Both the position numbers and the translations under genes were made by a program. A stretch of DNA of 64,000 nucleotides, taken from a virus. Where the stretch lies: positions 1-64,000 of the IMG/VR virus record IMGVR_UViG_3300031857_000038. One strand, 5' to 3'. The notes beneath the pieces are model-generated. The model searched no databases, had not been told where the DNA came from, and saw only the letters and a list, made by a program, of their open reading frames with translations. This document shows, one piece after another, positions 48,736-58,236 of this stretch (position 1 is its first letter; each line of letters starts with the position of its first letter).

Positions 48736-49974
48736 ATGGCATATACAATAGTTAAAAGCGATGGTACAGTACTTACTACCATTCCAGATGGTACGATAGA
48801 TACTACTAGTACCTCTCTTGGATTACCAGGAAGAAGCTTTTCCGGTTATGGGCAAGCTCAAGATACAAACTTTGTTCACTTAACAGAAAATTTTGCTTCT
48901 TCTACTCCTCCTCCTAATCCTATTAGAGGTCAGCTTTGGTACAATACAACTACTAACACAATGCTTGTATGTCCAGCAGACGGCGAAGCAAACGCCGCAG
49001 CTTGGTTAGCACTAACTTCAACTTCTAGTGGTTCTACTACTACATTCGGTAACATTTCAGTAAGCGGGTCAATCACAACTACTGAATTGACAGTAGACAA
49101 TGAAATCTCAGCCGGCTCAGTATCAACTGATGCATTGACTGTTACTAATAACGCAAACATTGCTAACGCTACTCTATCAGGAACTACTACAGTTGCTAGT
49201 GTACAGACAGCAACCATTACGACAGGTGGAGCCGCTACAAACGGTAACTTGACCGGTACATGGACAGTATCTGGTAACGGAGTAGCTAACAGCGTTAACG
49301 GAACTGCACTTTGGATTACTGACGGTAACCTTGTAATTTCAGGCGCAGGTAGTATCGGTATACGAACCGACAATTATATGTACGCAAACGGAGTATCTAT
49401 TCCACTAGGCGGTACATATGGTAACAGTAACGTAGCAGCATACTTACCAACATATGCAGCAAACATTGGTCCCGTAGGCGGCGCAGCAGTGTTTAATGGT
49501 AGAACTTTATCTACTGGTGCAAATACAACTACTGGTAACATTACAGGTAACTGGTCACTAACAGCAGGCTCACGCCTCAATGCTACTTACGCTGACCTTG
49601 CAGAACGTTTTGCAGCAGATGAAGCGTATGAACCAGGTACTGTAGTAGAGTTAGGCGGCGAAAAAGAAATCACAATTGCAAAAGATGAACTGTCAGAGAA
49701 GATATTCGGCGTTGTTTCAAACACTGCTGCTTACTTGATGAATGCGGCTGCCGGTGATGATGATACTCACCCTGCAATTGCTCTTGCTGGACGAGCTTCA
49801 GTTAAGGTAATCGGCACTGTTAAAAAGGGTGATAGACTTGTAAGCGCCGGAAATGGAATAGCTAGAGCAGCCTCTGATGCCGAAGCAACCGCGTTCAATA
49901 CTATTGGTAGATCATTAATAAATAAAGAGACAGAAGACGCCGGCGTTATTGAAGCCGTAGTTATGATAAGATAA
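48736..49974 (+). CDS. second tail fibre, paralogous to 46127-48367, with a C-terminal intramolecular-chaperone-like domain
   Basis: First ~280 aa align with the first fibre; C-terminus YADLAE.F.AD..YEPGTVV..GG.KEI...GVVS...IAL.GR..VKV.G.V.KGD.LVS resembles peptidase-G2-type autocleaving chaperones. Confidence 0.78.
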   Translation: MAYTIVKSDGTVLTTIPDGTIDTTSTSLGLPGRSFSGYGQAQDTNFVHLTENFASSTPPPNPIRGQLWYNTTTNTMLVCPADGEANAAAWLALTSTSSGSTTTFGNISVSGSITTTELTVDNEISAGSVSTDALTVTNNANIANATLSGTTTVASVQTATITTGGAATNGNLTGTWTVSGNGVANSVNGTALWITDGNLVISGAGSIGIRTDNYMYANGVSIPLGGTYGNSNVAAYLPTYAANIGPVGGAAVFNGRTLSTGANTTTGNITGNWSLTAGSRLNATYADLAERFAADEAYEPGTVVELGGEKEITIAKDELSEKIFGVVSNTAAYLMNAAAGDDDTHPAIALAGRASVKVIGTVKKGDRLVSAGNGIARAASDAEATAFNTIGRSLINKETEDAGVIEAVVMIR

Positions 49975-49986
49975 TAAGGATTTAAG

Positions 49987-50940
49987 ATGGCCTACGCTCA
50001 ATTCGCTACAATAGATGCAGCAGACTTTAATACGCTAGTAGGCGGTAACCCCACTACGACTGTTAATACATTAAATGCGACTTGGGCAACAGGCGGCGGC
50101 ACTGCTGGTTACGGGCAAACTGCTGTAGGTAACGTTACTGTTGGGACTAATATTTTAGCCAGCACTCAATGGGCATCACTAGTAGCTAATACTGCTAGCG
50201 CAGCATCACACCAAGGGTCTAGTATTACTAGCGTTTCTACTCCGGTAGCAGGCGGAGTAATTACCTATAACGCAGCTATCCCCACTAACTTGACAACTAT
50301 CTATACCAATAGATTAAATGCAGCGGCTCAAGGTTCCACTACAACTAACACAGCTACTAGAGGATCTACTTGGTCAAACCAATTGACGTTCACTCACACT
50401 GCTACTTTTGCTAACGGCAACGCTGCCCGCTACTTCTTTAATGCTGGTGGTCAAATTAAAATGACTGTATCACATCCTGGTTCTTCTGGCATTGATTTAT
50501 TGTTTAACAATCTTGCAAGTAACGTAGGTACAGTGGTATTGTCTGCACCAACATCAGGTTCAGTATCAATTGCCGGCACATCATATAACGGCATTACTAA
50601 GATTGGTGGCGGAGGAAACGCTCCTACTATTTCTCAGAACAATGGTTACTATGCGTTGACTACATCCAACGCTAACGTATTCACTCAGACTGCTAGCACA
50701 GGCCCAAGCGGTTATCTATCATCATTCATTCGCTTCATTGTTCAAAGTAATGGTACACAGGGTTCAAACGGTGATGCTGGTTCAGTAATCACTATCTACA
50801 CTATTTGGGACGAAGTACCCGACGGTCTAGTTGTTGCGACTGGCTCAGCAACTACTATGACGCTCACGCCTCCTGCAACTACTAACATCGCTAACACTTG
50901 GGGCGCAGTCACACTGTCCGGTACTGTAACCGGTTCCTAA
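49987..50940 (+). CDS. Thr/Gly/Asn-rich virion structural protein
   Basis: 317 aa; GYGQ, A.QW..L and F.....ARYFFNAGGQI motifs; SD AAGGA; last gene of the fibre block, followed by a T-tract. Confidence 0.65.
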   Translation: MAYAQFATIDAADFNTLVGGNPTTTVNTLNATWATGGGTAGYGQTAVGNVTVGTNILASTQWASLVANTASAASHQGSSITSVSTPVAGGVITYNAAIPTNLTTIYTNRLNAAAQGSTTTNTATRGSTWSNQLTFTHTATFANGNAARYFFNAGGQIKMTVSHPGSSGIDLLFNNLASNVGTVVLSAPTSGSVSIAGTSYNGITKIGGGGNAPTISQNNGYYALTTSNANVFTQTASTGPSGYLSSFIRFIVQSNGTQGSNGDAGSVITIYTIWDEVPDGLVVATGSATTMTLTPPATTNIANTWGAVTLSGTVTGS

Positions 50941-50968
50941 CTTTTTTAATCGCATAGGGGTATCCATC

Positions 50969-50974
50969 TAAATA
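50969..50974 (+). promoter_or_regulatory. late-type promoter TAAATA heading the glycosyltransferase/radical SAM operon
   Basis: CTAAATA followed by SD AGGAG and ATG 50991. Confidence 0.6.
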
Positions 50975-50990
50975 CTCATAGGAGTTTACG

Positions 50991-51305
50991 ATGGATACTA
51001 AAACCTTAATTACCGAAGCAAAAGCTCGTTTTGCTCACAACTCAGCAAAAGATTATCTAAAAGAAAAGCACAATGCAAAGCTATTAGTAGCAGAGCAGGG
51101 TGGTCTATGGCGTGCTGACAAAGAAACTATTGCATTTTTAACTGTAATGACCAACGACTATGATGATAGGGTTGTTCTAATTGATACGTTTGACAATCCA
51201 GTATTAGTAGATCGTAGTGCGTTGCTGTCTAAGTTGAAAGAAGTATACCACAGTGTAATGCTTGAATGGTATAGCGAGTGGAAAGAACTAGAAAGCAAAA
51301 GATGA
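50991..51305 (+). CDS. hypothetical protein
   Basis: 104-aa ORF with a good SD; stop overlaps the next start (ATGA). Confidence 0.75.
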   Translation: MDTKTLITEAKARFAHNSAKDYLKEKHNAKLLVAEQGGLWRADKETIAFLTVMTNDYDDRVVLIDTFDNPVLVDRSALLSKLKEVYHSVMLEWYSEWKELESKR

Positions 51306-52108
51306 GTCGCGGTGTAATACTATTTGCTTTCAATAGTCCCAAATACAATTACTATGATATGGCTAAACACACTGCAAAGCGTGTTGAGCGTTTCTTAAAG
51401 CTGCCTGTTACGTTAGTAACAGATGAAGACTCTATGCCTGCAGGAGAGTTTGAGTATTGGGACAAAGTAGTAAAGATTAAGCCGGACAAGAATAACTTTC
51501 GTGACTGGGGCATGTGGATCAATAAAGGTCGTTATATGGCCTACGAACTTAGTCCTTATAACGAAACACTATTGTTGGACGTAGACTATATCATCAACTC
51601 AGACAAACTACTAACCTTATTTGATATTGACACAGACTTTTGCTGCCACAATAGAACTAATTTCTTAATGAACATTGGCGCCCCACAAGAGCTACTAAGC
51701 TCATATAGTTATGAAACACTATGGGCTACCGTTGTGATGTTTCGCAAGTCTGACCGCGCAGAGCAAATCTTTCAATGTTTAGAAATGGTACAAAAGAACT
51801 ATGAACACTACGCCAACATTCATCATTTTATCGCCCCTGTATATCGTAACGATTACGCTCTTACTCTTGCCCTCCGTATTGCTAACGGCCACAGTAGTGA
51901 TTCCCGCGATGTTATTCCTTGGGATTTATTGCACGTTGGAAAAAACACGCAAGTTTATCGTAATGGTGATGACCAGCTTGGCACAGAGTATACGGTCATG
52001 TTTGACAACTGGCAGCGGGGCAAAATAAGAAAAGAATATATTACAATCAAAGACCAGGACTTCCACGTGATGGATAAAGAAATATACGTGGAGATGATTA
52101 ATGAATAA
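51302..52108 (+). CDS. glycosyltransferase-like protein (GT-A fold)
   Basis: RGVILFA N-terminal strand, YELSPY.ETLLLDVDY (DxD), RNDYA, H.M.K; start placed at the ATGA overlap. Confidence 0.7.
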   Translation: MSRGVILFAFNSPKYNYYDMAKHTAKRVERFLKLPVTLVTDEDSMPAGEFEYWDKVVKIKPDKNNFRDWGMWINKGRYMAYELSPYNETLLLDVDYIINSDKLLTLFDIDTDFCCHNRTNFLMNIGAPQELLSSYSYETLWATVVMFRKSDRAEQIFQCLEMVQKNYEHYANIHHFIAPVYRNDYALTLALRIANGHSSDSRDVIPWDLLHVGKNTQVYRNGDDQLGTEYTVMFDNWQRGKIRKEYITIKDQDFHVMDKEIYVEMINE

Positions 52109-52859
52109 AGGCTTCGTCATCATGGCGCAAGGACTTGACTATGAAGTTTGCGCTGATGTTCTTAAGGACAGCATCTTAAACGTAATGCCAGATGCTAATG
52201 TGACTATCATTACTACTGAGATGCTTCCGTATGGCGACCAAGCTCCCGACACTGATTGGAAGCTACAGAATGACTGGCAAGTATACGAGGCAAGTCCGTA
52301 CGACTATACTATCAAGCTTGAGGCTGATATGTATTTGCCAAGGTCAATTGACTATTGGTGGAATATATTACAGAATAGAGACTTAGTAGTAAGCACTACA
52401 ATCAGAAACTTTAAACAAGAAGTTTCGGATGTTAAAGCATATCGTAGATTCATTACTGATAACAAATTGCCGGATACTTATAACGCTATCACATATTTCC
52501 GTAAGAGTGAGTTAGCAGAAAAGTTCTTCAACATTGTGCGTGATGTATTTGAGAATTGGGCTGAGTATAAAGCTATTCTCAAGTGTAACGTAGATGAACT
52601 CTGCACTACAGACTGGGCTTATGCTATTGCTGCACACATCCTAGGTGAAGAGAATACTACGCTACCACAATTCAAAGAAATGTCAATGATACATATGAAG
52701 CAATTCATTAACGGTTGTCCTACTCAGAATTGGACAGACAATTTGATTTACGAGAAGCTGCCTCACACTTTCAGAATCAATACTATTCCACAACTGTATC
52801 CATTGCACTATCACGTAAAAAGCCTAGCTAAAGAACTTAAGGGGAATAACAATGGATGA
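52101..52859 (+). CDS. glycosyltransferase-like protein, paralogue of the preceding gene
   Basis: KGFVIMA, YEASPYDYTIKLEADM (ExD in place of DxD), TD.A.AIA, HMK, HYH.K. Confidence 0.65.
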   Translation: MNKGFVIMAQGLDYEVCADVLKDSILNVMPDANVTIITTEMLPYGDQAPDTDWKLQNDWQVYEASPYDYTIKLEADMYLPRSIDYWWNILQNRDLVVSTTIRNFKQEVSDVKAYRRFITDNKLPDTYNAITYFRKSELAEKFFNIVRDVFENWAEYKAILKCNVDELCTTDWAYAIAAHILGEENTTLPQFKEMSMIHMKQFINGCPTQNWTDNLIYEKLPHTFRINTIPQLYPLHYHVKSLAKELKGNNNG

Positions 52860-53172
52860 AGTAGTTGTTATTTGGGAGAGTCATAAGGTTGACAAGCCAG
52901 AGTTTAGGCTGTATTATGATGACAAGGGCTGTGTTATTGACTACACCTGTGAACAACATGAGGGTAATTACATAGTCATTGACGCAACAACATTTGCTGA
53001 GGCTAGACCCGACATTAAAGTTGTTGACGGGAAGATTATTAAAAATCATTTTGGTTCGGTGATGAGTAAACTATGCAAAGACATTGATGGAGTTCTATGC
53101 GAAGTTGAAGACCTAAGCATTATCACTGAAACTGCTGGACAATATTGGAAATTAAAAACTTATGAATTATGA
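52852..53172 (+). CDS. hypothetical protein
   Basis: 106-aa ORF overlapping both neighbours (EFRLYYD..G). Confidence 0.7.
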   Translation: MDEVVVIWESHKVDKPEFRLYYDDKGCVIDYTCEQHEGNYIVIDATTFAEARPDIKVVDGKIIKNHFGSVMSKLCKDIDGVLCEVEDLSIITETAGQYWKLKTYEL

Positions 53173-54112
53173 TGACATTGTAGATATCGCAGACTTAGAC
53201 TGCATCTATCTTAGCTATGATGAACCACAGAAAGAAGAATTTTGGATCAAGATTAAGAACATGGTTCCGTGGGCTAAACGAGTTGATGGAGTTAAGGGTA
53301 GCGATGCTGCACACAAGGCAGCAGGAGAAGCAAGTGAGACAGAACGCTTCATTCTCATTGACGGTGACAATATGCCAAATGAGGACTTCTTCAATCTACA
53401 ACTAGACTTTACAGACAAAGACCCTAATTACAAATTAGCGCAGTATCGTTGGAGAGCAGTTAACGCTATCAACGGACTACGCTACGGCAATGGTGGTATG
53501 AGTTCTTGGACTAAGACTTATGTTGCCAACATGAAGACCCATGAGACAAGTGACGGAAGTGATACAACAGCGGTTGATTTCTGCATGGATTCTTCAGATA
53601 ATCTATACTGGGCAATGCACGATTGCTACTCTACAACGTATCCTAACTACACTCCCTTCCAAGCGTGGAGAGCAGGATTCCGTGAAGGTGTCAAGATGGT
53701 ACTTGATCGGGGTGCAAAGCCTAGTATAGACGAATTTCGTGAAAGAGTTGCTGGACGCAATCTAAACAATCTTACTATTTGGCATAACGTTGGCGCAGAT
53801 GTAGAGAATGGTCTTTGGGCTATCTATGGCGCTAGACTCGGCACACACATGACTATGCTTACTGACTGGGATTATAAAGATGTTGCAGATTTTGATAACT
53901 ATCCTGCATTATGGGGGAAGTATAAGAACCACCATCCGGAACTTAGCGCAGGGTTCATAGGTGAAGAGTTAGAAGATAAGCTAGGATTACCAATGTGTAC
54001 TCTTGATGCTGAACAAAGCAAGTTCTTTAAGCGTCACTATAACGCAGACAAACACAACTTGGGCCCGCTCGTTAAGGAGATGGATGTTATTCGTAGGATT
54101 GAAGGCTGGTAA
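53162..54112 (+). CDS. glycosyltransferase-like protein (GT-A fold)
   Basis: IYLSYDEP, RVDGVKG...AH.AA, FILIDGDN (DxD), YGNGG, PFQAWRAGFREGVK. Confidence 0.65.
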   Translation: MNYDDIVDIADLDCIYLSYDEPQKEEFWIKIKNMVPWAKRVDGVKGSDAAHKAAGEASETERFILIDGDNMPNEDFFNLQLDFTDKDPNYKLAQYRWRAVNAINGLRYGNGGMSSWTKTYVANMKTHETSDGSDTTAVDFCMDSSDNLYWAMHDCYSTTYPNYTPFQAWRAGFREGVKMVLDRGAKPSIDEFRERVAGRNLNNLTIWHNVGADVENGLWAIYGARLGTHMTMLTDWDYKDVADFDNYPALWGKYKNHHPELSAGFIGEELEDKLGLPMCTLDAEQSKFFKRHYNADKHNLGPLVKEMDVIRRIEGW

Positions 54113-55509
54113 TGTCAGAATCAGAAACAGACAGAATTAAAAGAATCCGCGACTTCATTGATGTGAACGCTACGCCCACATTCTGTTTGGCTAAGTGGCA
54201 GCATGTTACAATGTATCTACAGACAGGTGAGACACATAGTTGCTATCACCCACAGCCTCACAAGATTCCTTTAGCAGAATTAAAAGACAATCCAAGCGCA
54301 TTGCATAATACGATGCACAAGAAGCTTGAGCGTAAAGAAATGCTTGAAGGGAAGAAGCCAGAAGGCTGTCAGTATTGCTGGAACATTGAAGCAATGGGCC
54401 CGGACTATATCAGTGACAGACACATTCGCAACGCAAGTATTTTTACAGAGGAACGCTATGAACAAGCCAGTAAGGGAGCTTGGGACCAAAACATCAACCC
54501 AGAGTATTTGGAAATTAATTTTGGTAACGAGTGTAATTTTAAATGCGGCTATTGCCATCCGAAATATAGTACAAGATTCTACAAAGAAATAGAAGACTTC
54601 GGCCCTGTTGACAATGTAAAGAATCATCGCTGTGACGTTGATTGGATGAAGTTATTTCAACGTGAAGAAGAAAACCCATATGTTGATGCATTTTGGGAAT
54701 GGTGGCCTGAGCTACGCAAGACGCTAAACATTATGCGTGTAACTGGCGGCGAACCTACATTACACAAGTCAACGTGGACACTGTTAGATAAGATTGATGA
54801 AGAGCCTATGCCCTGGCTTGAGCTTAACATCAATAGCAATCTTGGTACTAAGAATATTCTTATCGACCGCTTAGCTAAAAAGGTTCGTAAGCTACAAGAC
54901 GAAGGCAAAATCAGAACATTCAAATTGTTCACAAGCATGGACACCTGGGGCGAACGTGCAGAGTATATTCGCACAGGTCTTGAACTAGACTTATGGGAAA
55001 AGAATTTTCACACTTACTTGTCAGTCAGCGGTGCCCCCATCACATTCATGATCACATTCAATATCTTCTCAGTGACAAGCTTCAAGAGCTTACTGGAAAA
55101 GTTCTTAGAGTGGCGCAAGCAATACGGCTGGGACGAAGAACGCAAGCAACATATCATTCGCTTCGACACTCCATATCTACGTGAGCCTATTCAGTATGAT
55201 ATGAACATTCTTCCTAAAGAAGAATTTATGCCCTATATGCACGATGCATTAAAGTTTATGGAAGACAATCTTGATGACACTCGGGCTGATGCATTCAGCA
55301 CAATTGAATATGAAAAGTTCAAGAGAGTTGTTGACTATATGGCAGAAACAGTGTATAGTGAAGACAAGCTAATTGAAGGTCGCAGAGACTTCTATAATTG
55401 GTTTAATGAATTGGATGATCGTCGTGAGAATGATTTGTTGACTGTCTTCCCAGAAATGATGGATTTTTATAAATTATGTCAACAAGTAAATTTGACGAAC
55501 CCTCTCTGA
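54112..55509 (+). CDS. radical SAM enzyme with N-terminal Cys-rich (twitch-like) domain
   Basis: CNFKCGYC, GGEP; N-terminal CLAKW...SCYH...GCQYCW. Confidence 0.88.
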   Translation: MSESETDRIKRIRDFIDVNATPTFCLAKWQHVTMYLQTGETHSCYHPQPHKIPLAELKDNPSALHNTMHKKLERKEMLEGKKPEGCQYCWNIEAMGPDYISDRHIRNASIFTEERYEQASKGAWDQNINPEYLEINFGNECNFKCGYCHPKYSTRFYKEIEDFGPVDNVKNHRCDVDWMKLFQREEENPYVDAFWEWWPELRKTLNIMRVTGGEPTLHKSTWTLLDKIDEEPMPWLELNINSNLGTKNILIDRLAKKVRKLQDEGKIRTFKLFTSMDTWGERAEYIRTGLELDLWEKNFHTYLSVSGAPITFMITFNIFSVTSFKSLLEKFLEWRKQYGWDEERKQHIIRFDTPYLREPIQYDMNILPKEEFMPYMHDALKFMEDNLDDTRADAFSTIEYEKFKRVVDYMAETVYSEDKLIEGRRDFYNWFNELDDRRENDLLTVFPEMMDFYKLCQQVNLTNPL

Positions 55510-55736
55510 GAACTAGAAAATGGGAGTGCATTGGTATTGATGGGCCTAGTCAAAATGCCATATATAATATTCGTGCGCAAGAAATTAGAGATTGGATCAA
55601 AGAACAACCTACAGACATGTGGGCGCAGTATGGTATAGATGAGATTTACGAGGGTAAACCTATATCTGCAATGTTTGGGCAGAACTATGTCTTTACAGAA
55701 GAAATGGAGGCGTGGTTCACGTTAAGATGGGTATGA
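55476..55736 (+). CDS. hypothetical protein
   Basis: 86-aa ORF filling the gap between two radical SAM genes, ending WFTLRWV; exact start uncertain. Confidence 0.6.
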   Translation: MSTSKFDEPSLRTRKWECIGIDGPSQNAIYNIRAQEIRDWIKEQPTDMWAQYGIDEIYEGKPISAMFGQNYVFTEEMEAWFTLRWV

Positions 55737-56962
55737 ACAAAGACTTTCTATTAAACGATAGCAAAACGTTTTGCATGTTCCCTTGGGTGCATCTCAATGC
55801 CACTCCTAAGGGAGATGTATATCCCTGCTGTAGCAATGACTACACAGACCCGGTTGGCAACACTAAAGATAACACACTGGAAGAAATCTTTAACAGCCCT
55901 AAGATGAAAGAACTTCGGGTTGATATGCTTAATGAGAAGAAGAATAAGATTTGTGATTTCTGTTATAAGCATGAAGAAGCTGGCCCATATAGTTTCAGAA
56001 ACTATAGCAAAGAACACTTTGGCAAATACTTTGATGAGATTGTTCCCTCTACGCAAGAAGACGGAACAGTAGACGAATTTAAAATGCGTTACTTTGATAT
56101 TCGTTTCTCTAACATCTGTAACTTTAAGTGCAGAACATGTGGCTCAGAGTTTAGCTCTAAGTGGGGCGAAGAAATGAAAAAGAACTACGACCCTAATCAT
56201 CCTGTATTAATTCACGTTGATGACAATAAGGGTACAGTTCTTGATGAAGTGCTAGAACATATTGAACATATCGACCTTGCATACTTTGCGGGTGGTGAAC
56301 CATTAATCACCGAAGAGCATTATACTATGCTTGAAGCAATGATTCGTAAGGGTCGCACTGACATTACTCTACGTTATAACACTAACGCAAGTAATATTAA
56401 GTATAAAAAACATGACGTACTTGATTTATGGAAGCACTTTAAAAAGATTGAATTAAGCTGTAGTATTGACCATTACGGCGAACGTGCTGAGTATATGCGT
56501 AAAGGCACAGATTGGGGAGTTGTAGAGAGCAATCTACTAACATTCCGTGATTTGGACTATGTTAGTTTCCAATTGAATACGGTTTTCAGCATCTACAACT
56601 ATCTCACTATAGGAGACTTTTATCAATATCTTAAGGATAAGAACATCGTAAGAACAGAAGACTGGTATCATTCGCTCTATCTTGCCGTACATCCTAATTA
56701 TTATTGTGCTAAAAGTCTCCCTAAGGAATTAAAAACAGTAGCAGGCGAAAAAGCAATGGCATGGGCTAACGCTAACATGGATGACAAGACTTGTGTGCCT
56801 AGACTCGTAGTAGATGCAGTGAACTTTGCTAACGATACGGATCAGTGGGGTGAAGTCAGAGATAAGTTCTTGATGCACACTAGGTCAGTTGACAGAATTA
56901 GAGGCGAAAACTTCTGGGAGACATTCCCCGAATTAAATAGATTGCAGGACTTAATGGAATGA
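55733..56962 (+). CDS. radical SAM enzyme with N-terminal twitch-like domain
   Basis: CMFPW...PCC...CDFC, then CNFKCRTC and FAGGEP; start placed at the ATGA overlap. Confidence 0.9.
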   Translation: MNKDFLLNDSKTFCMFPWVHLNATPKGDVYPCCSNDYTDPVGNTKDNTLEEIFNSPKMKELRVDMLNEKKNKICDFCYKHEEAGPYSFRNYSKEHFGKYFDEIVPSTQEDGTVDEFKMRYFDIRFSNICNFKCRTCGSEFSSKWGEEMKKNYDPNHPVLIHVDDNKGTVLDEVLEHIEHIDLAYFAGGEPLITEEHYTMLEAMIRKGRTDITLRYNTNASNIKYKKHDVLDLWKHFKKIELSCSIDHYGERAEYMRKGTDWGVVESNLLTFRDLDYVSFQLNTVFSIYNYLTIGDFYQYLKDKNIVRTEDWYHSLYLAVHPNYYCAKSLPKELKTVAGEKAMAWANANMDDKTCVPRLVVDAVNFANDTDQWGEVRDKFLMHTRSVDRIRGENFWETFPELNRLQDLME

Positions 56963-58236
56963 TTGATAAAAATAAAGTAGAAAAATTAGTTACAGAAGGT
57001 AAGCACTTTTGCGTATTACCCTGGGTGCATTTTCATGCATGGCCCGACAAGCGAGTAATGCCTTGCTGCGTTGCTGACAGTAACATGCCAGTAGCTCAAA
57101 TTGAGGGCGATCAATCTATTATTGAAATGATGAACAGCGACCGCTATAAGGAAATTCGTGAAGCAATGCTTGACGATATTGAAGTTCCTGAATGTAAGCG
57201 TTGCTTTGACCTTGAGCTTATGGGTACATGGACTATGCGCCAATCACATAATCGTCGCAGAGGTCTTGACTATGTAAACTATATTGCTGAGAACACACAA
57301 GAAGACGGCGCCCTCTCAGAGTTTGAAATGAAGTATATGGATATTCGTTTCAGTAATTTATGTAACATGAAGTGCCGCAGTTGTGGCCCAGACTGTTCAA
57401 GTCAGTGGGCGCAAGAGTTTGTTGACAAGCGCGGTAAAGAAATGTGGGACGAACATTTCCCTAATCGTAAAATAGTCATTAACAATAACGATGACCAAAA
57501 GTTTATGGTTAAGTTAAAGCCATATCTTGCTGATGTATCTGAAGTATATTTTGCTGGTGGCGAAATCATTATTACGCCAGAGCATTATGAATGCTTAGAT
57601 TATTGGATTGAAAATGGTCAAGCAGATACAATTGAATTAAACTATACTACGAATTTCTCAACGCTGCACGGATATAAAGACAAGAACCTACTTGAGTATT
57701 GGAAGAAGTTCAAGAATATTCAAGTGTGGGCTTCATTAGATGCACACGGTGACTTAGCAGAATGTATTCGTAAGGGTACAGACTGGGACAAGACTGTTGC
57801 TAATATCAAGAAGCTGCGTGAAGAACTACCGCATATTCAGTTTCAGATTACTCCTACTATTAGTATTTGGAATATCTTTAAGTTCCCTGACTTCTTTGAT
57901 TATATGGTAGAAAACAAGCTGATTGATTTGACAATTAGTCCTAGATTTAATCTTGCTACAAGCCCCTGGTACGCTAACGTGATGATTCTTCCGAAACACG
58001 TAAAGAACAGACTGATTGAACTGTATAGAGTTTACCAAAACAAATACGGTAAAGACAATATGGATATCTATAATGGCTTCAAGATGATTATCTATAATCT
58101 AAGCGTCGGCGACGAGAATAAGGGAGGAATCCTAGAGTTCAAGAAATTCAACGATGAGCTAGACGAATTCAGAAAAGAAAAGTTTGAAGACCTAGTTCCG
58201 GAAATTAAGGAAGTGTATGAGTGGGCCGCAAGTTAA
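56959..58236 (+). CDS. radical SAM enzyme with N-terminal twitch-like domain
   Basis: CVLPW...PCC...CKRC, then CNMKCRSC and FAGGE. Confidence 0.9.
   Translation: MIDKNKVEKLVTEGKHFCVLPWVHFHAWPDKRVMPCCVADSNMPVAQIEGDQSIIEMMNSDRYKEIREAMLDDIEVPECKRCFDLELMGTWTMRQSHNRRRGLDYVNYIAENTQEDGALSEFEMKYMDIRFSNLCNMKCRSCGPDCSSQWAQEFVDKRGKEMWDEHFPNRKIVINNNDDQKFMVKLKPYLADVSEVYFAGGEIIITPEHYECLDYWIENGQADTIELNYTTNFSTLHGYKDKNLLEYWKKFKNIQVWASLDAHGDLAECIRKGTDWDKTVANIKKLREELPHIQFQITPTISIWNIFKFPDFFDYMVENKLIDLTISPRFNLATSPWYANVMILPKHVKNRLIELYRVYQNKYGKDNMDIYNGFKMIIYNLSVGDENKGGILEFKKFNDELDEFRKEKFEDLVPEIKEVYEWAAS

Noticed and set aside
55476-55736. Small ORF as a RiPP precursor for the radical SAM enzymes
   Set aside because: No leader/core pattern or repeated modifiable motif, and no peptidase, transporter or RRE domain recognised; the sugar-enzyme context fits better. 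Not fully excluded.
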